A stretch of DNA of 64,000 nucleotides from Candidatus Magasanikiibacteriota bacterium (GTDB lineage Bacteria > Patescibacteriota > Patescibacteriia > Magasanikbacterales > 2-02-FULL-50-9b): the NCBI GenBank assembly GCA_943355025.1, contig CALRDW010000001.1, positions 60,015 to 124,014 of the forward strand, given 5' to 3'. The position numbers and the translations under genes are program-made. Shown here one piece after another: positions 17,922 through 27,195 of this stretch (its first letter is position 1; each line of letters opens with the position of its first letter). A model generated the notes under the pieces. It had not been told where the DNA came from and ran no database searches. It saw nothing but the letters and a program-made list of their open reading frames with translations.

Positions 17922-19052
17922 ATGCGAATCGCAGTGGTTAGCGCTGTTTTTCCACCAACTCTCGGTGGCATGTGCACTGTTGCAGCAGCCGAAGCCGAAG
18001 CGCTTCATGAGGCAGGAAACGAGGTTGTGGTATATACGCTGCAAACTGCTTCTACGCGAGCGGACAAAGCGTTCGACCGTGCGTTTCCAGTACCGATTAT
18101 TCGATTGCTTGGATTACCACGTGTGTGGATTTCTGGTGCTGTACCACAGTTGTTGTGGCACTTACGCCGCGAAAAAGTTGTGTACGCACACCTACCTGCC
18201 TACGGTTTTTTTGCCGTGTTGCTTTTGTGGAAAACGCTTTTTAGTGGCCGCTTGGTTGTGACGCTGCATATGGACCCCATTGGAGTTGGCTGGATTAAAT
18301 ATATTTTTCGTTTTGAACGGTTTATGCTCCGCGCTGTACTTCGCCGTGCCAACGCGATTCGTGTTTCATCATCTCGCATGCAGGATAGCGAACTGCTCCG
18401 GGATCTCGGGCCAGCTACATTGAAAAAAATTCACGTTATTCCGTTTGGGATCAATTTACAGACGTTTCATCCGCCGCAATTAACAGCCCAGCGGGAAAAT
18501 GCTGTTTTATTTGTTGGCCGCCTGTCGCGCACGCATTATTTTAAGGGCGTTGACGTTCTGCTCCGTGCTTTTCGTACAGTAAAAGAGCATCAAATAAAGG
18601 GAACTGGACCACTCCCTTGTTTATGGGTTGTTGGTGACGGCGAAGAGCGCGCACGATATGAACAAGTTGTGAAAGATTTGGGTATTTCCAATGCGGTTAC
18701 ATTTCTCGGCGCTGTTTCAGACACAGAATTACCGGCGCTGTATCGGCGAGTGCGCGCGCTCGTGTTGCCGTCAATTGATACCTCAGAAACATTTGGCATG
18801 GTGCTTCTCGAAGCAATGGCGTCGGGAACTCCTGTCATTGCAAGTCGACTTCCGGGTGTTGATGCACTCGTGACTCACGGCTCATGCGGCCTACTTGTTG
18901 AACCAGGAGACCAAAAGGAACTCGAGAGAGCTCTTGCGGATGTTTTTGAAAATCCAGATGTGTGGAGTGCGCGGGGAATTATCGCGCGCACAGCTGCAGA
19001 GCGCTACGGGGAGTGGAAAACTATTGCGGGGAATCTTGCAACTCTGCTATAA
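17922..19052 (+). CDS. Glycosyltransferase family 4 (GT-B fold)
   Basis: C-terminal ETFGMVLLEAMASGTPVIASRLPG retaining-GT4 motif (EX7E region). Confidence 0.8.
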   Translation: MRIAVVSAVFPPTLGGMCTVAAAEAEALHEAGNEVVVYTLQTASTRADKAFDRAFPVPIIRLLGLPRVWISGAVPQLLWHLRREKVVYAHLPAYGFFAVLLLWKTLFSGRLVVTLHMDPIGVGWIKYIFRFERFMLRAVLRRANAIRVSSSRMQDSELLRDLGPATLKKIHVIPFGINLQTFHPPQLTAQRENAVLFVGRLSRTHYFKGVDVLLRAFRTVKEHQIKGTGPLPCLWVVGDGEERARYEQVVKDLGISNAVTFLGAVSDTELPALYRRVRALVLPSIDTSETFGMVLLEAMASGTPVIASRLPGVDALVTHGSCGLLVEPGDQKELERALADVFENPDVWSARGIIARTAAERYGEWKTIAGNLATLL

Positions 19053-19089
19053 TGCGTTCACTTTGAAATTATTATAATAGCTTTTTCGT

Positions 19090-19854
19090 ATGGAAATGCA
19101 AGAACAGCAGAGCTCGTGGATGAATTCACTCCCACCGAAAGTACTTTTTATCGGTGGTTTGGTCGGCGGCATCATGACACTTTGCACAATCGGTTTTTTT
19201 ATTCTTCTCGGCATGATGGTTAGTGGCAAGTCAATTGGATCGCTTGCAAAAGCACCAGTGGCAAATGTTGCAGCACCAACACCTGACGCCGCCGCACCAA
19301 CACCTGCGGGAAAACCAGCGGCGGTTACAGCTGATGATCACATTTTGGGCAACAAGAACGCAAAAGTTACGCTTATTGAATATTCCGATTTTCAGTGCCC
19401 ATTTTGCAGTCGTTTTGCGCCAGTTGCGCTTCAACTTGTTAATGATTCCCAAGGAAAAGTTGCGCTTGTTTACCGCAATTTTCCGCTTGAGTCAATTCAT
19501 CCAATGGCATTTAAGTCGGCTGTTGCAGCCGAGTGTGTCGCATCACTGCGTGGGAACGATGTGTACTGGAAGTACCACACAGATTTATTTAACAATCAGG
19601 GCGCGCTCAGCGATCAGATGCTCACGAACACAGCGGTTAAGCTTGGCGTGAACAAAGCTCAGTTTGAGACATGTATCAACTCGAAGAAATTTGATGCAAA
19701 AATTAAAGCCACAGAAGCAGAAGGTGAATCAATCGGAGTTCAAGGAACGCCAGCAACGTTTGTTGTTGCGGCTGACGGATCATCGGAGCTTATTCCAGGC
19801 GCACTTCCGCTTGAACAGGCAAAAGTTTATGTTGATCGCGCACTTGCAAAATAA
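19090..19854 (+). CDS. DsbA-like thiol:disulfide oxidoreductase (membrane-anchored)
   Basis: N-terminal TM helix; thioredoxin-fold active site FQCPFC. Confidence 0.8.
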   Translation: MEMQEQQSSWMNSLPPKVLFIGGLVGGIMTLCTIGFFILLGMMVSGKSIGSLAKAPVANVAAPTPDAAAPTPAGKPAAVTADDHILGNKNAKVTLIEYSDFQCPFCSRFAPVALQLVNDSQGKVALVYRNFPLESIHPMAFKSAVAAECVASLRGNDVYWKYHTDLFNNQGALSDQMLTNTAVKLGVNKAQFETCINSKKFDAKIKATEAEGESIGVQGTPATFVVAADGSSELIPGALPLEQAKVYVDRALAK

Positions 19855-20169
19855 TTATCCGCTTATCCACAGGGATAAGCTGTGGCCAGAGTTGTTTGCA
19901 CAGTGCTCAGTGGCATGGTACGGTGAGCGTGCTCTGAAACACTTTGGCCTTGGCCACACACGAATCACCTGAGCATTCTCGGGGGTCGTAGGTCTGCGGT
20001 ATACAAAGGAGGGGAGCCACTTGACGCGTACGAGGAGGGCGCCGCATCACCGAGATTGATGCGCATGGAATTTTTGGCTTGTTGGGGGACGGCTGGGGAC
20101 TCCCTGGGGGTGGTTTTAAGTGAAGAGGGTATCTCGCACATGGTGTTATACAAACGTATGGAGGGGCAT

Positions 20170-20196
20170 AAACCCCCTGGATTTTCCAGGGGGTTT
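20170..20196 (+). other. Perfect 11 bp stem hairpin (AAACCCCCTGG-ATTTT-CCAGGGGGTTT) just upstream of a TATAAT box
   Basis: Read directly. The TATAAT at 20201..20206 lies 11 nt before the GT4 start codon, suggesting a very short leader. Confidence 0.5.
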
Positions 20197-20217
20197 ATGT
20201 TATAATCGGACCGATTT

Positions 20218-21354
20218 ATGAAGATTCTCATGGTAATTACAGAGGGAGACCTCGGTGGCGCGCAGCGCCATGTACTCGACGCGTCGCGTGAGCTTATTCG
20301 TCGTGGGCACGTTGTTACTATTGCTGTCGGTGGTACAGCGACTGAAATGGAAAAAGCTGCTGCAACCGAAAGCCCTGTAGTTTCTGTGCGGCGTGTTCCA
20401 TATCTTGCTCGACCAATTCGCCTCATGCAGGATGTGCGCGTGATTATTGCGCTTTTCAAACTTGTAAAAGAATTGAAGCCAGATATTGTACATTGTCACA
20501 GCTCAAAAGCTGGAGCTGTTGGTTCGGTGGCGGGGAAACTTGCGGGCGCTCGTGTTGTGTATACGGCGCATGGTTTTGTATTTCGTGAGGAATTATCTCC
20601 CAAAATTAAATTTTTATATCGGTGGGTTGAAATAATCGCATCGTGGTTTCGCGACAAAGTTATTACTGTTTCACGGAGCGACGCTGAGGAGGCAATTCGT
20701 CGGCATATAGTCCCGGCTCGCAAAATCGTTACAATCCAAAATGGAATTGATGAGATGTTGGCGGCAACTTTTTATAGTCGTGCAAATGCACGCGCTACGC
20801 TATCCGAATGGTGTGGAAACGATGTGTCCGCAAATAAGCTCGTGGTTGCAATTGCGAATATGTATCCAGCAAAAAATGTGCCGCTGCTCATTCGTGCATT
20901 TGAGTTCGTGTATCGACGCTTGCCAGACGCGCGGCTCATTGTTATTGGAGACGGAAAGGAGCGTCCGCAGTGCGAAAAAATTATCGCTGACACGCCGGCG
21001 TTGCAGAAGACGGTTTTTCTTGTCGGTAAACGAACAGATGCCTATCGAATTTTACGTGGCGCTGATGTGCTATGTTTATCGTCGACAAAAGAAGGTTTGC
21101 CCTACGTAATTTTAGAAGCGAAACTTGCAGGAACACCTGTTGTTGCAACGCGGGTTGGGGGCGTGCCTGAAATGGGTGAAGCTCCTCAGTTGACTTTGGT
21201 TGTTCCGCATTCGGCAGAAATGTTATCTGAAGCGATTGTTGAAACGTGTCGAAATCCGCGTCCTCCTGCAGAAGGTCGACTAGAACATCAATTTACACTC
21301 GTCGGAATGGTGGATGCGATTGAAGACGTGTACGAACAGGTGATGAAAAGCTAA
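20218..21354 (+). CDS. Glycosyltransferase family 4
   Basis: N-terminal GT4 motif MKILMVITEGDLGGAQRH and C-terminal STKEGLPYVILEAKLAGTPVVATRVGG. Confidence 0.8.
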   Translation: MKILMVITEGDLGGAQRHVLDASRELIRRGHVVTIAVGGTATEMEKAAATESPVVSVRRVPYLARPIRLMQDVRVIIALFKLVKELKPDIVHCHSSKAGAVGSVAGKLAGARVVYTAHGFVFREELSPKIKFLYRWVEIIASWFRDKVITVSRSDAEEAIRRHIVPARKIVTIQNGIDEMLAATFYSRANARATLSEWCGNDVSANKLVVAIANMYPAKNVPLLIRAFEFVYRRLPDARLIVIGDGKERPQCEKIIADTPALQKTVFLVGKRTDAYRILRGADVLCLSSTKEGLPYVILEAKLAGTPVVATRVGGVPEMGEAPQLTLVVPHSAEMLSEAIVETCRNPRPPAEGRLEHQFTLVGMVDAIEDVYEQVMKS

Positions 21355-22016
21355 TAGATTTCAAAGTGAATGTTTAGTGGTGCGGCTCCAGCGCTGAGAA
21401 GTTGTGCACGAACTTCCATAACCATCTCGGGATTGCCACAAATATACCAAGCAGCGTTTGGGTGTTTGGATAGGAGATCAGGAACATAAGCCGTTACACG
21501 GCCAACGCAGCCTGACCATTCTTCGGTGGGTTGAGTGAGGGTGATGAGAGAATTTGCAGGCAGTTTTTCTTGCCAAAATAAATCTGAGTTCGTTCGCACA
21601 CCGAAAAGAATTGTCGCAGGTACGCTTGAATTGCTTTCAATAAAACTTATAATCGGTGCAATGCCTGTGCCGGTTGCAATATAAACGCGATCTGTATCAG
21701 CGGGATTTAAAATAAACCGGCCCATTGGTTTCGAAACATCAATTTTCGTGCCAGGCTCACTTTGAGCGAGATATCCGGAAATGTGTCCGTCAGGGTTGTG
21801 TTTCATGAGAAACGTAATTTCGTGCGCAGTTGGGGCACAGGCAAAAGAGAATGCACGCGCATATTTTTTTTCAGCTTCTAGCTGTTTGAGCATAACAAAT
21901 TGACCCGCTTCAAAGGGGAATGCCGCACCTGGAGAATCAGAATCGACTACAAAAGAATAGCTGCGAACGTCAGGGGTTAAAATGTGGTGTGACAAAAGTT
22001 TGAGTTGCATGTCCAC
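21351..22016 (-). CDS. FAD/NAD(P)-binding oxidoreductase (ferredoxin-NADP reductase-like)
   Basis: FAD-binding RAFSFA (RxYS-type) and NAD-binding GTGIAPI motifs; 221 aa two-domain FNR-like layout. Confidence 0.7.
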   Translation of the reverse strand: MDMQLKLLSHHILTPDVRSYSFVVDSDSPGAAFPFEAGQFVMLKQLEAEKKYARAFSFACAPTAHEITFLMKHNPDGHISGYLAQSEPGTKIDVSKPMGRFILNPADTDRVYIATGTGIAPIISFIESNSSVPATILFGVRTNSDLFWQEKLPANSLITLTQPTEEWSGCVGRVTAYVPDLLSKHPNAAWYICGNPEMVMEVRAQLLSAGAAPLNIHFEIY

Positions 22017-22097
22017 AATTTAACCACACTTGACAATTTTTGAAAACCTGCTACCTAGTTAATTGTTGCCAACAGACAGGCAATTGGAGGAAAACCT

Positions 22098-22697
22098 ATG
22101 TTACTCGATATGGGAAGTCAAGTCGCAGCGCCATCAGTAACGCGTGTTATTGACGCACGAGCAGTGCATGCGCGCATTCTCTGGGATAACGGTTGGGGCC
22201 GTGGACGCTTCAAGAATTTTGAGGCGTATGTTTCGAGTATTCCTCGTATTCCAGTTATGCCGCGTGGTACCCGCTTCAACAAGCTGGTACTTGTTGACAC
22301 GACGCTTGTCCTCACGGATGCGTGTCGTGTTCTCGGGATTGAGTATGGTGGGGACAACACTGTATTCACACACTATCCGAATCGGCCGCCCCCGGCTGAA
22401 GCTTACTGGATGTGGATGCAGGATGGTGAATCTACTCTCGGACTCTCAGGGTTTGACTGTGTTTCTGCCGCCCCCGCGAAAGAAATCTTTCTAACCGCGG
22501 CTGAAGGTGTATGTTGGTATGCAGGTAATACCGGAGTGCTTTTTGGTCGTTCTGTTGAATTGCCAGGATCACGGCTCGGAAGTTTTCCTGTCTACTCTGC
22601 ATGCCTCATGGTGCATGAGGGACAACCAACGCTTGGTGTCACGGAATATTGTGTTGGAAGTCCAGATCGCGGCTCTGCATCGGCATGGGGCGGCTAG
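22098..22697 (+). CDS. Hypothetical protein (199 aa, Gly/Trp-rich), upstream of agmatine deiminase
   Basis: Long ORF, GC-rich, same strand and 77 nt before aguA. No recognisable domain. Confidence 0.4.
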   Translation: MLLDMGSQVAAPSVTRVIDARAVHARILWDNGWGRGRFKNFEAYVSSIPRIPVMPRGTRFNKLVLVDTTLVLTDACRVLGIEYGGDNTVFTHYPNRPPPAEAYWMWMQDGESTLGLSGFDCVSAAPAKEIFLTAAEGVCWYAGNTGVLFGRSVELPGSRLGSFPVYSACLMVHEGQPTLGVTEYCVGSPDRGSASAWGG

Positions 22698-22773
22698 GAT
22701 TGACTTTTTTCGTGTCGACCTGTAGCCTTAGTTTCACGACCGAGCTGTTTCGGCGTTTAATGAGGATGGTTGA

Positions 22774-23859
22774 GTGATGCTAAGTCTAAGAAATTCGCGA
22801 GTTCCTGCTGAATGGGAAGTACAAAGTGGCATCATGATGGTCTTGCCGCACAAGGACAGTGATTGGGAGCCTGTTCTTGCACGAGCACAGAGTTGTGTCG
22901 CAACCATCTGTGCAACACTCACGCGATTTGGTCAACACGTTCTGCTTGTTGTTCCACCGGATGAAACAACGACAGCATGTCGTATTCTGGAGAGGGCAGG
23001 CGTTGACCTCGGTCTCATACATATGTATGAGGTTGCGACAAACGATACATGGATTCGAGATTTCGGTCCGGTTACTGTTTGGTCTGGCGGGGGTTACAGA
23101 CTGTTAGACTTCAAATTCACGGCGTGGGGCGGGAAATTTGCGTACGACAAAGATAATTTGGTGACTGGTATTCTGCATGCTGCAGGAGCATTTGCACCTG
23201 GTATTGAACGCGTTGTGGTCCCTCTCGTGCTCGAGGGCGGCGCCATCGAATCAGATGGCAACGGAGTTATTTTGACAACTGCCTCGTGTCAAAATAATCC
23301 GAATCGAAATTGGGGCCTTAGTAGACGAGAAATTGAATTCGCTATGGACCGCCTTGGCGCGTATCGAGTTGTATGGATTCTGAACGGCTATTTACGCGGT
23401 GATGACACGGACTTTCACATCGACGTTGCGGCGCGATTCGCGCCGGGGAACAAGATCGTTTATATCGGTTGTGATGATCCGAACGACGAACATTTCGAGC
23501 CACTCGCGCGCATGCGTGAGGAGCTTTCAGAAATTTCTTCGTACGGCGCTGATGCTGGTCGGTATAAACTGCTCCAATTGCCCTGGCCGCGTGCGAAATA
23601 TGTTGGTGGCAAACGTCTCGCGCTTTCGTATGCGAATTACCTTATCTCCAATGCCGGTCGTGGCTGCAAGGTTGTGCTTGTTCCGCAGTACGAAGATCCT
23701 GCGGACGCTGTTGCACTTGCTGTTGTGAAAAAGGCGTATCCGGAATTTGTCGTAGTTGGTATTGATTGCCGTGTGCTCGTTGAACAGGGCGGTTCATTGC
23801 ACTGTATGACGATGCAACTTCCAATGGGCGTTCTTAACGTGGGTAAAAAATCTCGGTAG
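22774..23859 (+). CDS. aguA: Agmatine deiminase (peptidyl-arginine deiminase family)
   Basis: TWIRDFGP motif, HIDV and C-terminal catalytic Cys in GGSLHCMTMQ; GAGGA RBS. Confidence 0.85.
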   Translation: MMLSLRNSRVPAEWEVQSGIMMVLPHKDSDWEPVLARAQSCVATICATLTRFGQHVLLVVPPDETTTACRILERAGVDLGLIHMYEVATNDTWIRDFGPVTVWSGGGYRLLDFKFTAWGGKFAYDKDNLVTGILHAAGAFAPGIERVVVPLVLEGGAIESDGNGVILTTASCQNNPNRNWGLSRREIEFAMDRLGAYRVVWILNGYLRGDDTDFHIDVAARFAPGNKIVYIGCDDPNDEHFEPLARMREELSEISSYGADAGRYKLLQLPWPRAKYVGGKRLALSYANYLISNAGRGCKVVLVPQYEDPADAVALAVVKKAYPEFVVVGIDCRVLVEQGGSLHCMTMQLPMGVLNVGKKSR

Positions 23860-23973
23860 ACTCGCGCACCGCATAAACACGGATTCTGCGACAGCTGGGA
23901 TTACGATGCGCTGCTTATTTCTGGCAACAGATTGGGCAGCGTTTTTTATTTTCTGAGCGCTTTATACCATACC

Positions 23974-24011
23974 TTGACAGTCTGAATTAGTCCTGGTAGT
24001 ATTCACATACT
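23974..24011 (+). promoter_or_regulatory. Sigma70-like promoter TTGACA-17-TAGTAT overlapping palindrome AGTAT-TCAC-ATACT (candidate Rrf2/IscR autoregulatory site)
   Basis: Consensus -35 at 23974..23979 and -10 at 23997..24002 with a 17 nt spacer. An inverted repeat overlaps the -10, about 25 nt before the iscR start. Confidence 0.55.
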
Positions 24012-24026
24012 CGAAAGGTATGCTTT

Positions 24027-24443
24027 ATGGCAATGACACTGAATCGACAAACAGATTACGCGCTCCAATTTTTGTCAGCGCTCGCACGCCTGCAAACAGG
24101 TGAAAGTTTGGCGCTCTCGGTTTTTGCAAAAAAAGGACGCGTTTCATTTTTGTTCATGCAGCGAATCGTTGGAAAATTGCGCGCAGCTGGGCTTGTTGAA
24201 GCAGAACGTGGCCGAAGTGGTGGCTATAAACTAGTCAGGACTGCAGCCGAAATTACGGTACTCGACGTTGCACGCGCGCTTGAAGGCGACATGGCTGTGG
24301 TGCCGTGCTTAAAAGAGAATGATACGAGTTGTCCACACCAGGCGGTTTGCATGACCCGCACCAATTTTCATACCATCAACGCGTACATCCAGCAATATCT
24401 TAAAACAATCACACTGACAGAACTTATTGGTAAAAACGTATGA
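24027..24443 (+). CDS. iscR: Rrf2-family transcriptional regulator (IscR-like)
   Basis: Rrf2 wHTH N-terminus and spaced cysteines (...VPCLKENDTSCPHQAVC...); directly precedes iscS. Confidence 0.8.
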   Translation: MAMTLNRQTDYALQFLSALARLQTGESLALSVFAKKGRVSFLFMQRIVGKLRAAGLVEAERGRSGGYKLVRTAAEITVLDVARALEGDMAVVPCLKENDTSCPHQAVCMTRTNFHTINAYIQQYLKTITLTELIGKNV

Positions 24444-25741
24444 TCAAGCTTCCTGAACTTCCACGACGCACTGTCTACCTCGACAATGCAGCAACAACAG
24501 CAACTGATCCCCGAGTTGTTGAGGCCATGCTTCCGTATTTTACGGAGAATTTTGGAAATCCAAGCGGATTGTATTCTGCCTCGCGCAGCGCGAGTGATGC
24601 GGTACAAAGTGCACGAGATTCAATTGCGAGCGTCCTGCACTGCCGCGCTGACGAGATTATATTTACTAGCGGTGGAACTGAAAGTGATAATCTTGCGTTG
24701 TTTGGGATTGCACGCAAGTATGGAAACAATCCAAAATGGGGAAAGCATATCATTACGTCTCAGATTGAGCACCACGCAGTACTTCTGCCGACTGAAGTTT
24801 TAAAAAAAGAAGGATTTGATATCACGGAAATTGGTGTTAACGAACACGGTGAGGTTTCTGCTCATGCAGTAATAGCAGCGATTCGCCCCGAAACCATTTT
24901 GGTTTCGATTATGTATGCGAATAATGAAATTGGGACAATTGAACCAATCGCTGAAATTGGAAAAGCAATCCGACAGTGGAAAAAAGAACACGATCGTAAG
25001 CCTCTCGATCCGCCGTTTCTCCACACAGATGCGTGTCAGGCTGCTGGCGTGCTGTCCATTGATGTTCAAGAGTTGTCGGTTGATTTGCTTACGCTTAATG
25101 GCAGTAAGCTGTACGGACCGAAAGGTGTTGGCGCATTGTTTGTGCGTCGGGGTATTCAGCTTCAGCCACAACTTGTTGGTGGTGGCCAAGAAAATCGTAT
25201 TCGTTCAGGCACAGAAAATGTTCCTGCAATCATGGGCCTCGCGCGCGCCCTCGAACTTGCACAAACGGATCGTGAATCTGAAAATACGCGCCTCTCTGAG
25301 CTCAGAAATTATTTATGGGAACACGCACAGCGCCTCATTCCAAAGCTCGTGCTTAATGGGCATCCGACAAACCGTCTACCGAACAATCTCAATTTTACAA
25401 TTCTCGACATTGAAGGTGAAGCTGCACTGCTGTATCTGGATGAATACGGTATTTCATGCTCAACCGGCTCGGCCTGCACATCGACATCACTCGATCCATC
25501 GCATGTAATTCTCGCGATGGGGAAACCATACGAGTTTGCACACGGGTCGCTTCGGTTTACGCTCGGACACTCGACAACAAAAGAGGATATCGATCACTTA
25601 CTTCTTGTGTTGCCGCCTGTTGTTGAGCTTCTGCGGTCAATTTCACCAATTAATTTATCTGTGGATCAAAAGCAAGAAGACATTGCGCTTCGTGGCGCGT
25701 TTGTTGAAGACGGCGTTCCGCACTGGATGGCAAATAAATAA
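24440..25741 (+). CDS. iscS: Cysteine desulfurase (IscS/NifS class V aminotransferase)
   Basis: YLDNAATT N-terminus, PLP-lysine region LTLNGSKLYGPKG, active-site Cys region STGSACTS. Confidence 0.9.
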   Translation: MIKLPELPRRTVYLDNAATTATDPRVVEAMLPYFTENFGNPSGLYSASRSASDAVQSARDSIASVLHCRADEIIFTSGGTESDNLALFGIARKYGNNPKWGKHIITSQIEHHAVLLPTEVLKKEGFDITEIGVNEHGEVSAHAVIAAIRPETILVSIMYANNEIGTIEPIAEIGKAIRQWKKEHDRKPLDPPFLHTDACQAAGVLSIDVQELSVDLLTLNGSKLYGPKGVGALFVRRGIQLQPQLVGGGQENRIRSGTENVPAIMGLARALELAQTDRESENTRLSELRNYLWEHAQRLIPKLVLNGHPTNRLPNNLNFTILDIEGEAALLYLDEYGISCSTGSACTSTSLDPSHVILAMGKPYEFAHGSLRFTLGHSTTKEDIDHLLLVLPPVVELLRSISPINLSVDQKQEDIALRGAFVEDGVPHWMANK

Positions 25742-25750
25742 ATAACTTTT

Positions 25751-26443
25751 ATGTCAGACGACATTATCGCAGTAAAACCAGTAACAACCGGCGACATGCA
25801 AAAATCAGATGTAGTTAATGCGCACACAGGACAAAAGTGGGCGTATTCACAAATTGTAAAAGAACATTTTTTCAATCCAAAAAATTTGCTTCTTGAAGAG
25901 CCGGCCCCGGGGCAATTTGATGCGCGCGGAACAGTTGGCTCTCCCGCATGCGGGGACGTTATGGATATTTGGATTAAAGTTGACCCAGCAACAAATCGAA
26001 TCGCGGATCTCAAGTGGAAAACGTTCGGTTGTGGAAGCGCAATCGCGGCAACATCGATGTTTTCTGTCATGATTACAGAAGATGGAGGGCGGACGCTTGA
26101 CGAAGCGGTGACTGTTAAGCCACAAGACATCATGGAGCGCCTCGGAGGATTGCCAAATCGAAAAATTCATTGCTCAGTTCTCGCGGATAAAGCATTTCGC
26201 AAGGCAGTAAATAATTATTATCACGCGACCGGCCAGCATGACAAAGTAGAGGTCGAGGGTGCGCGGGTAGTTGACACAAGACTTAATATTACGGACAAGG
26301 ATATCGAAGAAGCGGTGCTTGAGGGCGCAACGAATCTTGAGGAAGTGCAGAAAAAACTTAAGGTCGGTGTTGGCGATCCTGAAGCAATTCCAGATATCGA
26401 ACAACTCATCCGCTTCTACAAAGAAAAATACTACGGAGTTTAA
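25751..26443 (+). CDS. nifU: NifU-type Fe-S cluster scaffold (IscU-like N-domain plus C-terminal extension)
   Basis: IscU motifs GSPACGDVMD, GCGSAIA and the HCS-equivalent region; 230 aa. Confidence 0.8.
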   Translation: MSDDIIAVKPVTTGDMQKSDVVNAHTGQKWAYSQIVKEHFFNPKNLLLEEPAPGQFDARGTVGSPACGDVMDIWIKVDPATNRIADLKWKTFGCGSAIAATSMFSVMITEDGGRTLDEAVTVKPQDIMERLGGLPNRKIHCSVLADKAFRKAVNNYYHATGQHDKVEVEGARVVDTRLNITDKDIEEAVLEGATNLEEVQKKLKVGVGDPEAIPDIEQLIRFYKEKYYGV

Positions 26444-26510
26444 GTTGTGTGGTGAGATTGGTGTGTGTTAATTTTTTGTTGTATACTACCAGCAACAATT
26501 AATTTATAGT

Positions 26511-27185
26511 ATGAAAAAAATCTCACAGCTCTTTACAATACTGTCGTGTATGGCCCTTTCGCTTTTCATGACAACATCGGCTTTTGCTCAGGACGCTGCT
26601 GCGAATGGATCTGACCTCGGCACTGAAACTATTAATCAGTCTGCTGGGCTTGGACATGCGTCATTTGGTGCACCAACCTTGGCGTCGACTGTTGGCAACA
26701 TGGCCGCATTTATTTTTTCTTTACTTGCTGTGCTCGCAATTGTGTTTGCAATTGTGTTTGGTGTCGTATTTCTGGTTCGTCGGAGTAAATCTCAGATTGC
26801 AGCAGATGCGGCAGCAGCGCGCTCAAATCCCGCATACGTAAACCTGACAGATGAGCAGATGTACTATATTTTTGACTGGTCGTGGTCTGCGTTTTTTGGT
26901 TCGTTCGTGTGGCCGCTTGGTCAGAAGCTCTATTTGTGGGCGCTGTTTATTTTTTTGGGTGGAATTTTTCCAATCATTCCTCTTATTCTCATATATTTTC
27001 TTGGACGCGACGGTCGTCGTATGGCATGGGAAAAAGGCTGGCCTGGTTTTGAGCAGTTTCGTCATCGCCAAACCGTGATGGCCTGGGTTGTAGCAGCATG
27101 GGTTATTTTGGTACCTATTATTGTGATCAGTTTGCTCGCAACGATTGCGGCCGCTACGTTTGCATCGCTTGGTACGGGCGCGTGA
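26511..27185 (+). CDS. Membrane protein, paralog A (signal peptide plus conserved W/F-rich membrane domain, DUF2628-like)
   Basis: C-terminal about 120 aa (NLTDEQ..WSWSAFFGSFVWP..LYLW..LGRDGR..AW..GW...HQT) is conserved with the next ORF. Confidence 0.55.
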   Translation: MKKISQLFTILSCMALSLFMTTSAFAQDAAANGSDLGTETINQSAGLGHASFGAPTLASTVGNMAAFIFSLLAVLAIVFAIVFGVVFLVRRSKSQIAADAAAARSNPAYVNLTDEQMYYIFDWSWSAFFGSFVWPLGQKLYLWALFIFLGGIFPIIPLILIYFLGRDGRRMAWEKGWPGFEQFRHRQTVMAWVVAAWVILVPIIVISLLATIAAATFASLGTGA

Positions 27186-27195
27186 TATTGAACGT

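Noticed and set aside
19855-20217. Possibility that the non-coding region is tmRNA, RNase P RNA, SRP RNA or a retron ncRNA
   Set aside because: None of the hallmark motifs could be found on either strand: tmRNA GGGG...UUCGA tRNA-like ends, RNase P P4 GGAAAGUCCGGGCUCC / ACAGAACCCGGCUUA, SRP domain IV GGAAGCAGC. No reverse transcriptase gene is nearby. It is kept only as a generic candidate structured RNA.
19965-20459. 164 aa minus-strand ORF spanning the GC-rich intergenic region
   Set aside because: Its N-terminal half is antisense to the start of the GT4 gene, and the rest lies in hairpin-dense GC-rich non-coding sequence. It has no RBS or recognisable motif, so it is most likely a shadow ORF.
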